Below are positions 22,637-32,715 of a stretch of 34,264 nt of DNA, in pieces. A program made the translations under genes and the position numbers. The notes under the pieces were generated by a model. It did not search any database. It was not told the origin of the DNA and was given only the letters and a program-made list of their open reading frames with translations. Numbering within the stretch: the first letter of the stretch is position 1; each line of letters opens with the position of its first letter. Source of the stretch: Folioceros fuciformis (lineage: Eukaryota); contig JBNGIO010005982.1 in NCBI GenBank assembly GCA_049999805.1, positions 20,500 to 54,763 on the forward strand. The letters are read 5' to 3'.

Positions 22637-23911
22637 ATGACTGGAGTAAATGTTGACGACTCCGATATTAATCAACTTGAAAAAGTTAAAAAGCAGTGGC
22701 TAGAGGAGCCGAAGGCCAAATGGCTTGATGAGAAGAAGAGTTGGGAAGCCGAAAAGGCTAAAGAGAAAGAAAAATTCAAACATGATCCAAAGACGTCAAC
22801 AACAGTGGTTCATGAAGATAGCTTTAAGGAGAAGGATAGATTCAATGGAAAAGGATATGATGTATGGAGTATTCGCATGCAAGGAGTATTGCGGCAGCAT
22901 GAACTATGGGATATAGTGAGTGGTTCCAATGATCGTCCCATGTGGGGATTCGACTCTATAGAAGCATGGGACAATAAGGATCAGAAGGCCCAAGATATTC
23001 TAGTGAGTGGACTTACTGAATCCATGGTTCGCTAAGTTTTTGAAGTCTATTCCTCCAAGGACATGTGGGACCACCTTGCCCAGTTATATTCATCTAAGGA
23101 TGTAATGAGCTTGTTGTCTGCTACCCGCAATTTTCATAATCTCAAGATGAGAGAGAATGACTCCATTGATAATCATATCAGCATTTTTCGAATCGCCAAG
23201 TCCAACCTTGAAGCAGCATCCGGCACCAAGTTGACCGAACAATCCTGTTTTATGACTCTTCTCGCCTCTCTACCACCCTCCTACATGGCTTTTGTGACTA
23301 CTCAAAATGCAGTTCTCCGAGCTGCTCAGAAAAATCATGAAGCCTTTGGTGATGCCAACTTGGATTTAAGCGTCACCGAATTGATTGGAGCAATCATACA
23401 GGAGGACCAAAGTCGTCGACATGAATCCATATCAACTAGACAGCAGCTGATGTTCACTGGATGAGGTAGAGGAAGAGGTCGAGGCCGAGGTCGCGGCAGA
23501 GGACTTGTTTCTTCACGACTCAATTCCAACCAATATTCACAAGGCGGTGAATCCTCGTCTTCTTCAGCACCTGCAAGAGGTAATAAGAAGACTAGAGTTA
23601 TTTGTAATTGGTGCAGAATTCCGAATCATATGGAGAAGAATTACAAGAAAAAGAAGAACGGCGAGCCTAGGAAGAAGGCTGCCTCTGGAGCACATGTTGT
23701 AGTGAAGAAACAATCTTCCACAACATCGGCAGCTCTCACTGTCTGCATGGCATCATCAAAGCCATCAAACCAATATTGGTATTTGGACAGTGGAGCTACA
23801 TCACATATCTGTCACAACAAAAACTCTTTTGAGTCTTATTCGCCAGCCACAGGACACCAGACTGTGTGACTGGGCGATGATCACAACCTCCCCATCTTTG
23901 GTGTAGGTTCA
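22637..23911 (+). pseudogene. Ty1/copia gag-protease, truncated, with in-frame stops
   Basis: One frame: RFNGKGYDVWSIRMQGVLRQHELWDIV (gag N-terminus), UBN2-like LLASLPPSY, an RG tract, degenerate zinc knuckle CNWC-x4-H-x4-Y (23603-23644) and protease WYLDSGATSHIC (23777-23812). Stops at 23033, 23462 and 23867. No integrase or RT present. Confidence 0.9.
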
Positions 23912-24279
23912 TGTGGAGGCAAAACCCGGGGCACTGATTGCCAACGGGTTCCACCTTTAGTGGCCACACTTATCCCACTGTCGTTGAGACATTGGGTTTC
24001 GTTCCCACGAAGGAGCAATGGGGTTCCTTGCTGCTGTGGATGGAGGGTCGGACTTGATCAACTCGATGATGGATTCAAGGGCTCCTCTCCAGCTCCGATC
24101 AGGCGTAGGACAGGCCTCGCTGTCTGGCGGTCAGCTGCACCTCTCTCGGTGCCCACAAACTCACTTCAATCACTACAACGACCCTAACCTCTCAGATCTG
24201 CGACTTCCCTCACACACTTCACTCACTCTCTCACTCCAGCACCAACACTAGCAACTACCAGCAACCAGCAACGGCACCA
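23912..24279. mobile_element. Possible LTR-like segment (TG...CA, 368 bp) joining copia pol to the transposase remnant
   Basis: Copia homology stops right before TGTGG at 23912, and transposase homology resumes right after CA at 24279. No TSD. Confidence 0.3.
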
Positions 24280-25007
24280 TATGATCTTGAACTGGTTTTG
24301 AAAAGATATATTATGCAGCAGATGAACCGCTGCAACATTCTGATACCCTGCTTTCCCATACAGTACAGGCCACACAAGCTTTCTAAAGTCCGGCACCTCT
24401 TTCACCTCATGAATGTCTGGCATGGGGGTATACGCATTCTGCATGACCGTAATAAGGTTTGGTGAAGTCAAAGCTTCCTTCCGACTGAGTGGCGTTGAAA
24501 AGCTGGGAAACATGTGATCTACTTGGTCGTGCATATTGCCCACTAATAAGAACCCCACTTTTATCTTCACAAAAACCCGGTTTTCCACTAACATATTCAA
24601 ATAAGGAAAAAACAACGCGTTTTTGTTTTCTTGTGCAGTGTTGTCTAGCTGCAAGTATAGAACTCTAGGTAGCAGGCTGTCGTACTTGTATATCACGCGC
24701 TGAATAATTGATATTGTTAGGTTTGCATCGTTTTGAATGTTCCCAAACTCGGTGAAGAGCTTGGGTATCATAGTCTTGTTGTATATCATACACCCTACCA
24801 CAAGCACATCAAAGAGGCCAACATCCACCAAATCTTTTGGTACTTGAACGAAATGGGGCAGCTGAGTCTTTTGTTGATTTATTCCATCCACTGATATCCC
24901 AATGTACTTCCCGGGGTCGCCATAACATTTGACCCGATGTTTGATACTCTTCTCGTGCTCTGCTTTCAATCTATGTTGATGTATCTTCAGGTCAGATTCG
25001 AAGCCCT
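24280..25007 (-). pseudogene. DDD transposase catalytic exon, Sola-like (DUF7869-type), copy 1
   Basis: SVDGINQQKTQLPHF, DANLTI, LPRVLYLQLDNTAQENKN and FLLVGNMHDQVDHMF match the DGMDQ / LQLDN-x2-ENKN / VGHTH-x-D-x-D pattern. AG acceptor at 25008-25010. Superfamily assignment is recalled, not searched. Confidence 0.8.
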
Positions 25008-25067
25008 CTACAAAAAACGCATGGAACTTCAAATCAGAATAAGAAGAAATATGCACTAATGGTGGGC

Positions 25068-25345
25068 GTGCGCCGGTCTAACGGCGCACACCTACTTGCA
25101 GAAAAATGGCCCGAGTGCGCCGGAAGACCGGCTCATTCCGACCATTTTTCTGTAATGCGTTATACATTACGGAAGGGGTGCACCAGTAGACCAGCGCACT
25201 CCGGCCATTTTTCTGTAATGCGATATACATTACGGAAGGGGTGTGCCGGTAGACCTGCGCACTCCGGCCATTTTTTCGTAATGCGATATACATTATGGAA
25301 GGGGTGCGCTGGTAGACCGGCACACTCCGGCTATTTTTCTGTAAT
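25068..25345. repeat. 63-bp tandem repeat (~3.7 units), each with two hairpins, in a chimeric intron
   Basis: Units start at about 25116, 25179, 25242 and 25305. Consensus GTGCGCCGG-taga-CCGGCGCAC plus TTCTGTAATG-cgatata-CATTACGGAA. A single copy of the first hairpin lies at 25068. Confidence 0.9.
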
Positions 25346-25444
25346 TAGAAGTGATTTTTCCCTTACGTAGGCTGGAGTGACATAGTTCCTAATTTGTGAT
25401 TTTGCTTTTTGTGTGGTTCTTCTGAACAAAATGCTTTTTGGTAG

Positions 25445-26200
25445 AAACCAGCAAACACCATAGACCTTGAAGCATTGTCGAAGCCTTTTCAAGATTATGT
25501 TTATTCTGCTAGAAAGTGGAAGCGCAAGGAAGAAGAAAAGCAGAGACTCGCAAATGCAGATATGGATGCAGGATTATCAGAGTTCAGAGTCCGAAATAGT
25601 AACAATAAGACCAAGTATCAAGTTATCCATCGAAACGTTCTGGAGATGAAAGCATTTCTAGTAAAACGGCCGTATACTCTCTTATTTGCAGATTTGCCTC
25701 GGGAACTGCAACGACATGAATATGACAGGCAGCTGACAAGCGAAGAGCTTGAGGACATGATTCGAGGGTTTTCAGAATGCACCAGCAGTAATGTGTATAG
25801 GGTGGTTCTTATGCATGACGTGGATCGGATTACATAGGCTAGGGAAGCACTTCGGCCATGGTGCAAGAAGGGAACCATTCAGACCTTAGTGTGCGAGAAG
25901 ACTAACATACCTCCCAATGCAGGCGCAGTAGAGCCTGTTGAGTATTTAACTGTTGGAAGTGCAGTTCACTCTGAAGCTCATGACACAAAAGCTTCATTAT
26001 TCGCGAATCAGGGATTCCTTCTTCTGAGAGTTATAAGGCATGGTGCTGTGGTGAAGAAACATATGTTCCACTCGGCAGATTCTCTAGACGTTTCGCCGTA
26101 TCAAAAGCCCCTTGGTTTAATGGGTATGTTGGTGAATATGTTCTCCGCTGAAGGGGATTGGGTAGTGGATGCTTGTGCAGGATCGGGGTCATTTCTATAG
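25445..26200 (+). pseudogene. Beta-class amino-DNA methyltransferase (N4-cytosine/N6-adenine, N6_N4_Mtase-like) exon with one internal stop
   Basis: The frame is continuous from a phase-0 AG acceptor (25443-25444) across a TAG at 25835. YQVIHRNVLEM...YTLLFADLP corresponds to IHGD...DLIFADPPY (motif IV). PYQKPLGLMGMLVNMFSAEGDWVVDACAGSGS corresponds to HPTQKP...GD-x-VLDPFxGSG (motifs X/I). The motif order is that of the beta class. Confidence 0.8.
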
Positions 26201-26213
26201 TCTTCGATTCAAA

Positions 26214-27300
26214 CCATGGCTTGCCTTGCATTTCACTGGTTTTAAGTACACCCCATTTGAAGAAGGAGTAGATGCCTCCTTTCACTTTCTTTTTCTTTTC
26301 TTTCTCATCCTTGCTACCACATGTTTTGCTTGCTTTGGAAGTTCTAAGGCTTCCCACTTCAAAAATATCTTATTCACATTTTCCCACTCTCTCCCCTCCA
26401 CCTTTGCCATACAAAATATATGTGTCCTATTGTCAACCTCATGCCGCTTATATTGCTCATCTTCCTGACCCTCATTGTCTTCTATCAACCCTAAGACCTT
26501 GTAGAGATTGAACTTCCAATTCATACTTATGGTCACACCATCTCGCTTCACTATTTGAAGTTTATCCGTAAGTATCAAACTTTCTTTTTAAATAAAGCTC
26601 ATCCTTTTCCACTTACCGGACATTATGTTGTGGTCTATAGTGAGAACTCACATCTCATGTTAATCCACAATCCACATGTGCCTTCATTCATTGGTACTTT
26701 GCTTTTGACGGTGCTATGTTCGCCAAATGCAGGGTAACTTGGAAAATATGATTGCCACCTACTAGCTCCATGACATACTTCTTTGCCTGAAACTTTGCCA
26801 TGTCTAACTTCAAGATGTCATTTGTAGTCATTGGGGTCGATCATGCACAACAAGGGCATAACACCTTCTTCCATCCTCCCCTTTGCAATTACTCTTGCAA
26901 GATACCTTGCCCATGCTTCGTCCACCTTTCTTATTTGTGCATCACCAGTAAAGAATCACGCTTGCCGCAAATTTTCTAGCTTTACAAGCATTAGTCTCTG
27001 GCTGCACCTTCTTGTTTGAGCTTTACAAGCACCATCTTTGACTGCACCTTCTTGTTGTAGGGTGACTCGTGGATGCTCTGAACTTCATCCTCATCGTGGA
27101 AGGAATCCTTGATTCTCTCTTTGTCTATGGTCACATGCAACATTGACATGTCATTGCTATGTCGGGCATGCACGCCCCGCTTTCTCTTCTTCCTCGTCAT
27201 ATCGCTCCCCATGTCCAAAATTCCTTGGCCAGACACTGGCACTCCCTCGAGATATGTCCAAAATTCCTTGGCTGACAATGTCACTACCTCGAGCTGTTTC
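26214..27300 (-). pseudogene. Degenerate ParB-like domain gene fragment (stops and frameshifts)
   Basis: Manual minus-strand translation: QIRKVDEAWARYLARVI...MPLLCMIDP...KYVMELVGGNH (GGNH at 26748-26759)...AHVDCGLT...DHNIMSGKWKRMSFI...FCMAKVEGREWENVNKIFLKW...MQGKPW (26214-26231). The R-x2-D...(V/I)(D/G)GNH pattern is ParB/Srx-like. Confidence 0.6.
26978..27057. repeat. ~41-bp imperfect tandem duplication
   Basis: agctttacaagca...ctgcaccttcttgtt at 26978 and 27019. Confidence 0.75.
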
Positions 27301-27934
27301 CGTTTCTTGACTTGTCATTACCAACACCCACTTAGTTTGCTTTGTTTAGAACTTTGGCTATGGATAATAATAATTTATGCAGGAATGCGCGGATTCCACG
27401 GTGCGTCTCCCGCCTGATTCCCGTTGTCGTTGGTATAGTGCTATGTTGGACATCGCCCGCCACGAACATCTCGGTTGTAGTGCCCTCTAGGTTTGTCTTT
27501 GCTCGACGTGAGCTGCACATTATTCCTTCGAAGGTTTATTGTAGTCCGCTAAAAACAAATACCCAGCAAGAAAGACATAGCCCTTGCCTCTGATTCCTTG
27601 CAGGGAAGTACTGCACGAATACTGTTTGCCGTGATGCCCTAGACAAGGGTACAGTCCACAGTAAAAAGCATCAGACAGCAGCAGGTGACAAGGAAAAGAG
27701 CTTCAGGAACAAAGGCGCAGCTCTCTTTGAAGAATCAACGCACAAGTTCTTAGGCCAGTCGTTCACACAAGGAGGACGGCTGTACTGCTTTATGTACATT
27801 CCTGCGATAGTGCTTTCCTTCCACTGTTGACTTGTGGAACCTGATCGTACTTTCAAAGTAGACATGACACAATGGTCTTATTCCCCTGACGAGGATCCAC
27901 AAAAAATTGCCCTTTACCACTAGGAAATGCTGAT

Positions 27935-30216
27935 TTATGACCGCCTCCTTCGAATTCTCAAAGGCAGTCCCTCAGCAGGTTTTGGCAACAGCCAATCCAC
28001 TTTTTTCGGAACCAGTGCGAGCTCTATTGTTGGCTCAAATCTGCTCAGCACAGGCATGAACGTGACGAAAGCCTGGTCAGCCTGGGAGGTGAACCTGGAT
28101 TGCAACCAACAAACGTCCAGCCGCCAGATTTTGACCAGACCAGGTATGCCCACTTACTCATAAGACTGAATGAAACGATGCAGAAACACCAAAATGTCCA
28201 GCTTGCCCAACTCACTACCCGGGCATACTCTGTAACCATTTCCGAAAGGTGTGTACGTATTGGTCTTCGGCGCCGTCTGCATCCATAAACCCCACATGAT
28301 GGTTTTCCGAGCTCAGAATACCAATCTGTGTTCTCTGAAATTGTGCCTAGCTATGGTAACCACACGGTTGATCTTACCTTGAACCGGTCCGGATCAAATC
28401 TGTAAGGATCCGGGAAGAGCTTGGAGTCGAGATGGACAGACCGGAACCAGGTAATTACTGTCCACCCTTTTGGGAAAAAGATTCCTGCAAAATCCATCCA
28501 CTCTCCGTCACCTTCCCAACGATAAATACTTAGTTGTAGGATTGCACAAGACGGACAGGTAACAGGTTGAGGGCTTAGAGCTGGACGACGTACCTTTGTA
28601 AACCACATCCTGGATTGCCTCCCTCAGAGCAAATGGAGCAACGTTAGCTAGTCTCAAGCTCTCGTCAAGTACCTGCGAACGCGCCACATGTTGTGATGCG
28701 GGTCATGAGCCCTCAAAGGATCCCGCGCCCTCAGTTTTGTGACTTACACGCCGGGTCACGGGCAGCTGCTGTAGGTCATCCCAGGTGATAGGATCATCTT
28801 TGCATGTGCGCCTTCCCGCAACCGCGTCATTCTCGGCCTACAGGATCCAAAGAGAAAATGCAGCTTGGATGTGACAAATAAAATACCAGTACCTTACAAA
28901 AGGGAACAGTTGTGAGACTTCAAAGGATCGGATTTGCGTGCCTTGACTGCCTGGAAGATGTCTGGATGTAGACAAAGATTGTTTAACACCCAACATAGAG
29001 ATGTTGCCGTGGTGTCGTAACCAGCGAACATGACAAAGATGATGTTGTCTGTAATCTGGTGGTTCTTGAGGTCCTCCAATTTAAGAAAAGAAGCAATCAG
29101 GTCCTCGTGGTGTGCTGATGACGTTGCCGCCCGTCGTCCTTCAATCACATCGTTCAACAAGCTGACAATTTGTTGCCGTGCCTGCGAATCCAAGGCAGAA
29201 ACCTTAAGGATGGCACGGTAATGGCAACGAATTCCGCACGTTAAGCAAGCGGAAGGTGGGGATGCATGTAGAACGTACTTCCATAGCCCGTTTGTACGGC
29301 GTCCCTGGTATGCTGAGAGGGAGGGCGGTGGTCACACCTTTCTCCAGCACAGAGACGCTCTCACGCAGCTTCTCCACGACAGCTCTGTCTGTCAGACTGT
29401 CGCAGATGAACTGCAGGGCTACGTCAAAGGAGAACTGCGCAAGCCAGAACAAATTCCGCATCAGCTTGCTCTGACCGGTGGCAAATCAAATCCGCACCCC
29501 TCTTCCATCACCCCACTGCGATTTACCAAGTACCCTTTTGGCCTCGTCGAAAAGCTTGATCACCACGGACGAAGACGGATCCCATTCCAAAGGCACCATC
29601 GACTGCAAGCAGCCTTGCGCGGTTCTGTCGATCCTGGGAGTGAATCGTCTGAGAGCCTCGGGAGTGAGAGGCGCCAGCACCAGCCTCCGGTACAGCGAGT
29701 GCGCCTCCCCCTCCATCTGGAAGATACCGTGCTTCCCAAACATGTCGGAGGGCGGCCGCCTGTCATAAGCTCCTTTGAACAGCTTGGGAGACTGAGTCAC
29801 GAATTTGATTGTCTCCGGCTCTGTGACGCACACGGTAGGTTTGCCAAGCAAGTGCGTTCGGAAAACAGGCCCGTACCTGTGCAGATTCAGATTCAGGATC
29901 AGGCGCAGCCTAGCGCTGCTGAAATTGCAGGCCAATGAACTTCAAGTGCGCACCCCCCGAACCCGGCTGCAACAACGTATCACCGCTTAATGCGTGGAAG
30001 CAAGAAAGCTTCTGGAGAGGGGGCGGTCAGCAACTGGATGCTCTCGCCCGCCAGAGGCAGCTGCCAGAATCTGCCGCGCACTTCCGCCCCTTTCCTGCTG
30101 GCTGCCGAGCACAGAGCCTGCGAATACAGGAAAATGCAGGCCAGCAAAATGGGGGCAGCCCCCAAGGACACAGCCACCCACACATCAGCGGCCCAACTCC
30201 AGCCCATCCCCTCCAT
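27935..30216 (-). CDS. Cytochrome P450, CYP85 clan, most similar in motifs to CYP707A (ABA 8'-hydroxylase-like); 9 exons
   Basis: N-terminal TM segment; LPLAGES; YGPVFRTHLLGKPTV; I-helix FAGYDTT; ExxR (DESLR); FDPDRF; heme motif PFGNGYRVCPG (~28220-28252); C-terminal PKPAEGLPLRI. Introns are GT-AG. Start could be 30216, 30228 or 30252. Exact family not established. Confidence 0.9.
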
Positions 30217-30354
30217 CGCCCGGCTCATCTCACCGCATCTAGCCCTACACATAAGCCCAAGCAACCAGTCCTCTAACAAGCACCCAGTTGCTGATGCCCG
30301 CGTACAGTGAAGAGAATGAGCAATCGGAAAATGCCAAGCTTCATTGTGAAGAAT

Positions 30355-31752
30355 GGCTAGCCGTAAAAATCAGATGGCCAGGTCTGGGCCCCACCGATCC
30401 ACTCGTGCAGCTGTGCCATGCTTCATGTATGACATCCCATGGCTTGTGCATACGGATACGGTTAGCATGATACGGTTAGCATCTACGTATGGTTTTGCAT
30501 GGCACCGGCAACCGGTGAAATAAAGCGGCACCGGCAAGCCGTGGGTTATCGCCGCGAAAAACGGGCTGCCAATGCAGATCACTAGCGAACTATTGTCCTT
30601 GTTCTACAGCGAACACTATTACACTACACACAATAAACGTATACGAATACGCATACGTCTTCAAAAACACTTTCTTCAAAAACACATGCGCCTCCCCGGA
30701 ACTAAGTCCCGCTTTTCTTCTTCCATGGGCAGAACCAAGTATGCTTCTCGGTCAGAGATAGGCAAGTGTGTGTCTGCGTTCGTGAGCATAGAATGTTTGC
30801 CATGGATTTGCCATTGCAGTCTGGAGCCCCATGGATTTGAAATTGCAGGCGTCTAAACGCTATGGATTTATAGGCTGCAGGAATCTAAGGCCCATGGATT
30901 GGAAGGCTGCAGGAGCCTGAGCTCCATGGATGTGAAGGCTGCAAGTAAGAAGGTCATGGAGGTAACAAGGCACTATATTGAATGGAAACTAAATCCACAA
31001 AGCAAGAAAAACATGGAAGCCAAGGTACTCCAAGAAAAACCATGGCGTGCAACCCTGCCATTGTCATGGAAAACAAGGCATGTAATCATCTATCATTGGC
31101 CTCTATGCATTCTCTTTGTCATTTCCTACATTCCAAGTGATTTTCTTCCTTTTTTCCCCTGGGAGGAGAAAAGAGAGGTCTCAACCTAGCTGGATTGCTT
31201 GGTCCTTCAATTGGTATAAAAGGTTGTAATGACCTACATTCTGGCTGTCCGCCAGTGTCTTGCATTTGGTCTATGAGCTGCTTCACAGCCAACAAAGTAT
31301 TATGCACAAGGGCATCAGCATGCAATAATTAATGGAGATTGGAGAAAGAACTGAACACCCAAAGTGAGGATGTGAAGAAAACCTTGCATTGCACCTTCCT
31401 GATCACATTTCCTGATCACATGTACTCCAAAACGCACACAAAACACATCATTTTGTTTGCCTTGCTAAGGCAAACAGAATGGTATATAGCATGCAACAAT
31501 TAGTGAAGACTGGAGAAAGAACTAAACACCCAAAGTCAAGATGTGAAGAAACCCTTGCATTTACAACATCCTTATCAAATGTGCTCCAAAACGCATACAC
31601 AACATATTATTCTGTTTGCCTTGCTGAGCCAAACAAAATGGTGTACAGCATGCAACAATTAGTGAAGACTGGAGAAAGAATTGAACACCCAAAGTCAGGA
31701 TGTGAAGAAAATCTTTTTTTGCAGCAGTCTGCTCAAATGTGCTCCAAATGCA
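30355..31752 (-). mobile_element. Second MULE-like fragment: TIR-like end, internal gene remnants and ~2.5 copies of the ~170-bp repeat, inverted relative to 21050-21302
   Basis: 30355-30399 matches 20239-20283 at 41/45. 31327-31752 is the reverse complement of the repeat at 21050-21302; both translate to MVYSMQQLVK.G.RIEHPKSGCEENLFLQ. Confidence 0.6.
30940..31052 (+). pseudogene. Short fragment of the linker region of the ParB-like gene family
   Basis: KKVMEVTRHYIEWKLNPQSKKNMEAKVLQEKPWRA parallels ENVNKIFLKWEALELPKQ...MQGKPW (26.2-26.4 kb) and MQGRPWRA (32838). Confidence 0.45.
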
Positions 31753-31772
31753 CAAGTAGGAAGCGCTCATAC

Positions 31773-32715
31773 TGTTCCACTAACATATTCAAATAAGAAA
31801 AAAGCAACTCGTTTTTGTCCTTTTGTGCAGTGTTGTCTAGTTGCAAGTATAGAACTCCAGGTAGCAGGCCGTCGTACTCGTGTATCACGCGCTGAATAAT
31901 TGTTATTGTTAGGTTCGCATCGTTTTGAATGTTCCTGTGAGTTGACATGGATGCTATATAGACATATGCGCCAATGTTGTCAAAAAGCAAAGATTAAATA
32001 ATTAAACACATCGTGGCCTTATATACAAAATTGTAAGAGTCACGTCTATTCATAAGACCTAAGAGTCTAAAATAGCTAACAGTAAGTACGTTTATTATTA
32101 CTATAAACCTATCGAGAGGTTTATATCCAAACAGTTCCCAAACTCGATGAAGAGCTTGGGTGTCATAGTCTTGTTGTGTATCATACACCCTACCACATGC
32201 ACATCAAGGAGGCTGACATCTGCCAAATCTTTTGGTACTCGAACAAAATGGAGCACCTGAGTCTTTTGTTGATCCATTCCATCCAATGATATCCCAATGT
32301 ACTTCCCAGGGTTGCCATAACATTTGAGCAATGTTTTATACTCTTCTCACGCTCTGCTTTCAATCTATGTCAATGTACCTTCAAGTCAGATTCAAATCCC
32401 TCTACAAAAAACACATGGAACCTCAAATCGGAATAAGAAGAAATACGCACTAATGGTGGGTATGCGCCGATCTACCGGCGCACTCATATCATACCCAGAT
32501 GATAAAGTGCGCCGGTCAACCAACGCACTTATAACGCAAGGAGGAAAGGAACTGCGCTGATCGATCGGCGCACTTGAAATGCCCACAACAAACACAATTT
32601 TAAAACACTCTTACGTACCTTGTTTCTTCTTATCAGGCTCAGATCGTATGTTCCTTTTCAGGTAGTCGCGGGTACTACATAACGAAAACCTATTGGTCTT
32701 CGGAATTCGCACTTT
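31773..32715 (-). pseudogene. Sola-like DDD transposase, copy 2 (two exons, split by a solo LTR)
   Basis: Upstream exon ~32715-32619 KVRIPKTNRFSLCSTRDYLK...KKQ, GT-AG phase-1 intron 32618-32402, then SLDGMDQQKTQV...LYLQLDNTAQKDKN. Nucleotide paralogue of ~24580-25090. Confidence 0.85.
31936..32133 (-). mobile_element. 198-bp solo LTR with perfect 5-bp TSD (GTTCC)
   Basis: TGT...ACA termini; GTTCC at 31931-31935 and 32134-32138. The paralogous empty site in copy 1 (ttttgaatgttcccaaactc, 24731-24750) has a single GTTCC. TATATAAGG lies on the minus strand. Confidence 0.9.

Noticed and set aside
25068-25345. Palindromic repeats resembling a CRISPR array
   Set aside because: The sequence between palindromes is itself repeated, so there are no unique spacers; no cas genes are present and the context is a eukaryotic intron.
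25445-26200. Bacterial contamination or a restriction-modification system as the source of the MTase
   Set aside because: It has a spliceosomal acceptor, is contiguous without gaps with plant TEs and an intron-containing P450, and no endonuclease or operon structure is visible.
20239-30399. The two 45-bp TIR-like sequences as the two ends of one 10-kb element capturing the P450
   Set aside because: They are in direct, not inverted, orientation and share no TSD, so they more likely belong to two separate elements.
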